Below, piece by piece: positions 58,778 through 64,000 of a DNA stretch of 64,000 nt. Below the pieces are notes generated by a model. That model did not search any database. It was not told the origin of the DNA and saw only the letters and a list, made by a program, of their open reading frames with translations. The stretch is taken from NCBI GenBank assembly GCA_965197475.1, contig CBDANF010000003.1:4032001-4096000 (forward strand), read 5' to 3'. Position 1 is the stretch's first letter. Every line of letters begins with the position of its first letter. The stretch comes from Candidatus Poribacteria bacterium. GTDB lineage: Bacteria > Poribacteria > WGA-4E > WGA-3G. Made by a program: the position numbers and the translations under genes.

Positions 58778-59565
58778 TAGGAAAATAGAGAGAATTTGCC
58801 TCGGTTTAAAATAGCCAGTAGAAATCGCAACGCGATATAACCGACAATAAACGAGGCAAGCATTCCTGCAGCCACAATATAGAAAGGGATGGTGGTGTCA
58901 TCAATATCCCGTATTTTTAGCGCAACGGCACCAAGAATAGCGGGAATTGAAAGCAGGAAGGAGTATTCCGCAGCAGTTTTCGCTGGAATTCCCAAAAATA
59001 GCGCAAGTGAAATCGTTGTTCCAGAACGAGAGATACCGGGTGTAATCGCACATCCTTGTGCAACGCCAATAAGCGGTGCGTGCCACGTTTTGAGTTTCTC
59101 AGTTATAGCATCGGTGCTATCCGTGTCCTCTTTGCGCAGGCGAGGTAATTGAAGAATTATACCAGTGAGAATTAGCATGGTGCTGACAAGCAACGTTTCA
59201 TCAAAGAAGGATTCCAACTCTGTCTTGAACAGCACTGCGACGATACCTGTCGGTATAGTTCCGAGCAGTATCAACCATATAAATCTGAGTTCATGGGACG
59301 CGTTGAGCGTGGCAATCGGTTTCCGATAAAGCTGCGTGTCAACAAGCACAGATAATCCATCGACCATTAATCTTGCTATTGCGTCTCGATAGACGACAAG
59401 GACAGCGACTAATGTCCCTACATGTAACATTACATCAAAAAGGACAAGTGGTTCTTCCAATTCGAGAAACTTTTGTGCTAAAACAAGATGTCCTGAGCTA
59501 CTAACGGGGAGAAATTCGGTTAATCCTTGTAAAATGCCGAGAAAGATCGCTTCAAGAATTGTCAT
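58726..59565 (-). CDS. uppP: Undecaprenyl-diphosphate phosphatase
   Basis: QGLTEFLPVSSSGHL, PGISRSGTTI, YSFLLSIP. Confidence 0.92.
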   Translation of the reverse strand: MTILEAIFLGILQGLTEFLPVSSSGHLVLAQKFLELEEPLVLFDVMLHVGTLVAVLVVYRDAIARLMVDGLSVLVDTQLYRKPIATLNASHELRFIWLILLGTIPTGIVAVLFKTELESFFDETLLVSTMLILTGIILQLPRLRKEDTDSTDAITEKLKTWHAPLIGVAQGCAITPGISRSGTTISLALFLGIPAKTAAEYSFLLSIPAILGAVALKIRDIDDTTIPFYIVAAGMLASFIVGYIALRFLLAILNRGKFSLFSYYCVALGLISLFVALIQ

Positions 59566-59703
59566 AGCGTACATTATAACAATGAACGCCACGACCTGCA
59601 AGTCTATAATTCAAATGAGGGTGAATATTTGTCAAAAATTGTCTATCCTTCCGATATTATTGGGATAGATCCTCAAGATTATAAATTACCTAAAAAATCG
59701 GCA

Positions 59704-59729
59704 GCCCCAGCGGGGCGGAATGTTTATAG
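59704..59729. repeat. REP-like palindrome of a second class
   Basis: GCCCC-AGC-GGGGC followed by GGAATGTTTATAG; GCTCC-TGC-GGAGC near 51457 has a similar shape. Confidence 0.45.
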
Positions 59730-59779
59730 AAACGCGAGCAAACAACTCCTCTTTTATTAGTTAACCAATACTATCCTTT

Positions 59780-59841
59780 AAACAAAAAATGGCAGATGAG
59801 ATAGACAGATACGGCAATCCGCATCGTCTATCTCGCCTGCC
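59780..59841 (-). terminator. Rho-independent terminator of the DUF1549/DUF1553 gene
   Basis: Stem GGCAGATGAGATAGAC / GTCTATCTCGCCTGCC pairs at 14 of 16 and is followed by a U-rich tract on the minus strand. Confidence 0.65.
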
Positions 59842-59865
59842 TAAGAGTTTAATGCTTAGACATAC

Positions 59866-62127
59866 TTACCGATTGAAGAGGAAGGCACGGGAAGAAATAA
59901 GTGCCCAGAGCAGGTCCTCTGTGTCTTCACGTTCTTTTGAACCTTCGGTAAGATATGTCGTAGCCTTTTCAAGTTCCACTTCAGTGGGTAAACGACTCAA
60001 AGTCATTAGATACAACTCCGTCACCAATTCTGCTGGTGGCAGTTTTTCGCCGGACTTCGGTTCAAGAAGCTCGGTAATAGTGCCATTGCCATCCCTCAAC
60101 TTTCCGTTTACATAAGGTGAGTTGATGATGTGAAGTGCTTGGGTAAGCGTCGGTTCAAGTAGCGGATCTAAGTTACCTAAGAATTCCCTATTTGAACGTC
60201 CGAAAAGACTAAGGAAACGGTTACCCACTGGGAGCGGCAACTCTATGGCGCGAGTTCCTTCTGGGTACCTCCCATATTTCTCCGATTTACCCGTTACATC
60301 ATTTAGCACATCAAGCAATACTTGTGCCATCATGGGGCGTGGCATAAAACGAGAGAAAAATCTATCATCTAATTCATTCGTTTCGTTCGGTTTTGCGGAG
60401 AGTTGATAGGTTCGAGAGTTTAACATCAGTTTGATAATATGTTTGGTATCATACCCGCTTCTGATAAACTCTTCCGCTAATGCTTCTAAGAGCCCTTCAA
60501 CACTTGCGGGCGTTGTCGCACGCATATCGTCAACGGGGTCAACGATTCCCCTACCGAAATAGTAACTCCACAAACGGTTGACGGTCGCCTTTGCAAAGTA
60601 TGGATTTGAATCGGCAGTAATCCAATCAGCGAGATGCTGTATCGCATCCTCTCTATATGCCTCTGGAAGCGTTTCACCGCCAAGGAAGGTCGGCTGTGCG
60701 ACTTGTCCCCGATTCCCTTGCACGGATTGGTTAATAACACGTCCTCCGGGGTTGTGATAGACGACCAGTTCTTGGTAGAGTTCACCTCCACGGGTGTTGA
60801 CTTTACCTGTGAATGCGGCGAAGTTCCAATAATCGTCGGTTGTCCACTCGTCAAAAGGATGTTTATGACATCGGGCACAACTGAGACGGATACCGAGGAA
60901 CACTTGCGCTGTGGTTTCGGCTCTGCCTGAAGGTTGACGTTCTATCCGATAATAGTTGGTCGGTCCGTTCTGATAGGTACTACCGGTGGCAGTCAACACA
61001 TCGTGTACAAACTTGTTATACGGTGTGTTTTCAGCAACGGAATCTCGGATAAACTCGTGGAAAATGACAGCGGCACGGTCACCAAATTCACCGTTTCCGA
61101 GTCTTCGCGGGTGTACTCGCAACATATCAGCCATTTTTAATGTCCGCAGATCAACCCATTCTGGTGTTTCCATTAGCGTATCAATTAGACGCGAACGTTT
61201 CTCTGGGTTTGAATCAGCGAGGAACTCTTTGACCTCATCAGATGTAGGCAACTTTCCGACAGTATCCAGATAGATCCTCCGAACGAATTCGGAATCTGAA
61301 GATAGTTCGGAAGCGCGCACATTTAATTTTTTGAGTTTTGCTGCAACGAACTCATCGATAAAATTGTTTGTTAGAATTTCCGGGTACGGTTTTCCATCAG
61401 ATTCTCTCGGTACAGTAATGAAACTGGAGGAGACAACGCCTAAGTATCTTGCTAAGATAGCAGTGCCACCCCAACGCGTACTCGTCACCAGTCCAGATGG
61501 TGTAACCGTAGCTACAGGCTCATCTTTAGATTCATAAACAGCTTGAGCTGTAACATCTTCTATTGACCCATCAGTGAAATAGGCGAGTGCTTTTAGCTGC
61601 GTGGTTTCACCAACAGAAGTAAAAACAGCTTCTTTCGGTTCAAGTTCAAGTTTTTCCAAACGCGGTTCGTCAGGTGAAAAGGGAGCCCCAGCAGATATCC
61701 ATCGCAAGATGGTTTCCGCTTCATCAGAATTAGGATCAAATCTCAATCCACCTGCATGTGGAACTTGTCCAGTTGGTTTTAGATAAAGGAGACTCTGCTC
61801 GGGTTCAAGAAGATTGATACGCCTGCCCCGGCTGTGATGCACAATCGGTTCATAATCACTTTCTGGATTGAGAGTGAGTAAGGACAGATTCAAGCCACCT
61901 TGACCACCGAATTTACCGTGGCAGAGACCAGCAGAACACCCCATTTTATCAAGGATTGGTGCAATATTTTTAAGAAAAAGCGGCGCACCTTCTTTTGTTT
62001 TATTATCAAGTTGTCCTTCGCTGTCTGTATTTCCCCAACAAGATGGGGAAACCAGCATGTATGTAAATGCAGCGATGGCACATACGATGAGGATAGGAAC
62101 TATACTGTTCCATCTTACGCTTTTCAT
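59866..62127 (-). CDS. DUF1549/DUF1553 protein with a cytochrome-c-like motif and a Big_2 Ig domain
   Basis: CSAGLCHG, FVRRIYLD, FLGIRLSCARCHKHPF, VNRLWSYYFGRGIVDPVDD, TQALH; AAGGAGA RBS. Confidence 0.88.
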   Translation of the reverse strand: MKSVRWNSIVPILIVCAIAAFTYMLVSPSCWGNTDSEGQLDNKTKEGAPLFLKNIAPILDKMGCSAGLCHGKFGGQGGLNLSLLTLNPESDYEPIVHHSRGRRINLLEPEQSLLYLKPTGQVPHAGGLRFDPNSDEAETILRWISAGAPFSPDEPRLEKLELEPKEAVFTSVGETTQLKALAYFTDGSIEDVTAQAVYESKDEPVATVTPSGLVTSTRWGGTAILARYLGVVSSSFITVPRESDGKPYPEILTNNFIDEFVAAKLKKLNVRASELSSDSEFVRRIYLDTVGKLPTSDEVKEFLADSNPEKRSRLIDTLMETPEWVDLRTLKMADMLRVHPRRLGNGEFGDRAAVIFHEFIRDSVAENTPYNKFVHDVLTATGSTYQNGPTNYYRIERQPSGRAETTAQVFLGIRLSCARCHKHPFDEWTTDDYWNFAAFTGKVNTRGGELYQELVVYHNPGGRVINQSVQGNRGQVAQPTFLGGETLPEAYREDAIQHLADWITADSNPYFAKATVNRLWSYYFGRGIVDPVDDMRATTPASVEGLLEALAEEFIRSGYDTKHIIKLMLNSRTYQLSAKPNETNELDDRFFSRFMPRPMMAQVLLDVLNDVTGKSEKYGRYPEGTRAIELPLPVGNRFLSLFGRSNREFLGNLDPLLEPTLTQALHIINSPYVNGKLRDGNGTITELLEPKSGEKLPPAELVTELYLMTLSRLPTEVELEKATTYLTEGSKEREDTEDLLWALISSRAFLFNR

Positions 62128-62291
62128 GTCATATCTCCTTCCTTTAACAAGGAATTCATAATGATATTGTGCTACCAATTCAACGAGGCTATTTAATACC
62201 TCGAATTTCGTTCAACATTTAAATTTTATTATGCGGTCAAGTTTTCAACCATTTTCCATAAACGTTTCATGTTTAGAAATTTTCCCACAAA

Positions 62292-64000
62292 TTATACAAA
62301 TACCTCAGAAAAGACTTCGGACATATTTTCAACAAAGTAGAATGCAAGTCCTTCCTGGATATCTTCTGGAATCTCAACAAAATCCTTTTGATTCCCTTGT
62401 GGGACAATGACTTTTTTAATACCCGCCTGTTTAGCAGCAAGGATTTTCTCTTTGATACCGCCAATAGGCAACACCCTGCCTCTCAAGGTCAACTCCCCAG
62501 TCATAGCGATTTCTGGATCAATGCCTCGCTTTGTAGCTATAGAAGCCAGGGCAGCGGCAATTGTGATGCCTGCAGAGGGACCGTCCTTGGGAATAGACCC
62601 CGCAGGCACATGGATGTGGATATCATCTTGTAGTACGAGTGAATCGAATTCAAGTGAAGACGCTTGCGATTTGATATAAGTTAATGCAGTTTGTGCCGAT
62701 TCTTGCATCACACCCCCTATCTGCCCAGTGATAAGGAGGTCGCCCTTTCCACTTTGCTTTTGTGAGGCAGTTGCTTCTACAAACAGGATTTCACCGCCGG
62801 CAGGTGTGACAGAGAGCCCGGTAGCAACACCGACATCAGCAGTTCTACCAGCGATTTCAGAGTCAAACTTTGGGGGACCGAGATAATTCGGTATTTCTCT
62901 AATACCAATCTTAGCACGGTCAGTTTGACCTTCTGCCACGCGGCGTGCGGATTTGCGGCAGAGCTTGCCAAGTTCGCGCTCCAGATTCCGAACACCTGCC
63001 TCGCGGGTATATTTCATGATGACCTTTTCAATCGCTGCACTGGAAATACCTAATTGCTTTTTAGTAATTCCATTTTCCGTAAGTTGACGAGGGATGAGAT
63101 ACTGTTTAGCAATCTGCTTTTTCTCGGTTGAAGTGTAACCCGGCAACTCAATTGTTTCCATTCGATCGCGAAGTGGTGGCGGAATTGTGTGAAGTTGGTT
63201 TGCTGTCGTGATGAACATGATCTGCGACAAGTCAAATGGAACATCCAAATAATTATCAGTGAATGCATGGTTTTGTTCAGGATCGAGCACTTCAAGTAAT
63301 GCAGCCGCAGGATCACCTCGAAAATCGGAACCGAGCTTGTCTACTTCGTCAAGCATAAAGACTGGATTATTGGATTCTGCCTGCCGTAGCCCTTTAATGA
63401 TACGACCAGGCATTGAACCGATATAGGTGCGCCGATGCCCGCGAATCTCGGCTTCGTCGTGCATCCCACCTAAGGAGAGACGGACAAATTTTCTACCGAT
63501 AGCGCGCGCAATTGATCTACCGAGAGATGTTTTTCCCACCCCAGGCGGTCCTACGAAACAAAAGATAGGTCCCTTCATGTCAGACTTGAGAATTCGCACA
63601 GCAAGATGTTCAACAATACGTTCTTTGACTTTCGTCAAATTGTAGTGGTCTGCATCAAGAATCTCCATCGCCTTTGAGAGGTCGATAGAGTCTTCTGTGT
63701 TGACTGCCCACGGTAGATTAAGAAGCCAATCCAAATAATTCCGTGATACGGTTGATTCTGGAGAATAGGATTGCATTTTGGAAAGACGATTCAGTTCTTT
63801 GATAGCTGCTTTGTGTGCTTTCGACGGTAAATTGGCATCTTTCAACTGTTCGCGCATTTCGTTAACATCAGACGCTAAATCATCTGCCTCACCAAGTTCT
63901 GTCTGAATTGCTTTGAGTTGTTCACGTAGAAAGTATTCACGTTGTCCTTTATTGATAACAGCTTGTGCATTGGATTGAATTTTGCTTTCCAACTCATGGA
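62292..64000 (-). CDS. lon: ATP-dependent Lon protease, 5' end outside the window
   Basis: GPPGVGKTS, RGHRRTYIGSMPG, LDEVDK, PKDGPSAG, MTGELTLRG. Confidence 0.95.
   Translation of the reverse strand, partial: HELESKIQSNAQAVINKGQREYFLREQLKAIQTELGEADDLASDVNEMREQLKDANLPSKAHKAAIKELNRLSKMQSYSPESTVSRNYLDWLLNLPWAVNTEDSIDLSKAMEILDADHYNLTKVKERIVEHLAVRILKSDMKGPIFCFVGPPGVGKTSLGRSIARAIGRKFVRLSLGGMHDEAEIRGHRRTYIGSMPGRIIKGLRQAESNNPVFMLDEVDKLGSDFRGDPAAALLEVLDPEQNHAFTDNYLDVPFDLSQIMFITTANQLHTIPPPLRDRMETIELPGYTSTEKKQIAKQYLIPRQLTENGITKKQLGISSAAIEKVIMKYTREAGVRNLERELGKLCRKSARRVAEGQTDRAKIGIREIPNYLGPPKFDSEIAGRTADVGVATGLSVTPAGGEILFVEATASQKQSGKGDLLITGQIGGVMQESAQTALTYIKSQASSLEFDSLVLQDDIHIHVPAGSIPKDGPSAGITIAAALASIATKRGIDPEIAMTGELTLRGRVLPIGGIKEKILAAKQAGIKKVIVPQGNQKDFVEIPEDIQEGLAFYFVENMSEVFSEVFV

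Noticed and set aside
1-64000. CRISPR array, tRNA or rRNA genes
   Set aside because: No regularly spaced repeats or recognisable structural RNA seen; nearly all the sequence is explained by CDS and IS.

Overview
Bacterial chromosomal window, probably Candidatus Poribacteria. This is an inference from a LamG protein ending AVEAGNKLAVTWGQLK, three PhyH-type dioxygenases, a dockerin-like pair, a DUF1549/DUF1553 protein and GTAG-type REP palindromes. The backbone carries sugar-acid catabolism, lpxA, fused lpxC-fabZ, mltG, ruvX, PspA with an ABC transporter, an E2 acyltransferase, uppP and lon. It is interrupted by AT-richer accessory blocks and four IS elements: one frameshift-type IS5, one ISL2-like IS5 and two near-identical IS1595 copies. 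Highlights: (1) a coupled four-gene Druantia type III-like operon (32585-42881), in which the DruH-like partner looks split around a coiled-coil protein with a degenerate McrB-like AAA+ domain; (2) an accessory chaperone module of a membrane GrpE-like protein, an 861-aa Hsp70 and two HPD-less J-like paralogs; (3) an unannotated selenoprotein candidate, a secreted dockerin-thioredoxin with a UxxC motif and a SECIS-like hairpin; (4) cargo genes stacked upstream of a phyH gene and separated by truncated copies of that gene's 5' end. Three single-base frameshifts at short homopolymers may be sequencing errors. No rRNA, tRNA or CRISPR array was seen. All family calls come from motif recognition; no database searches were run.
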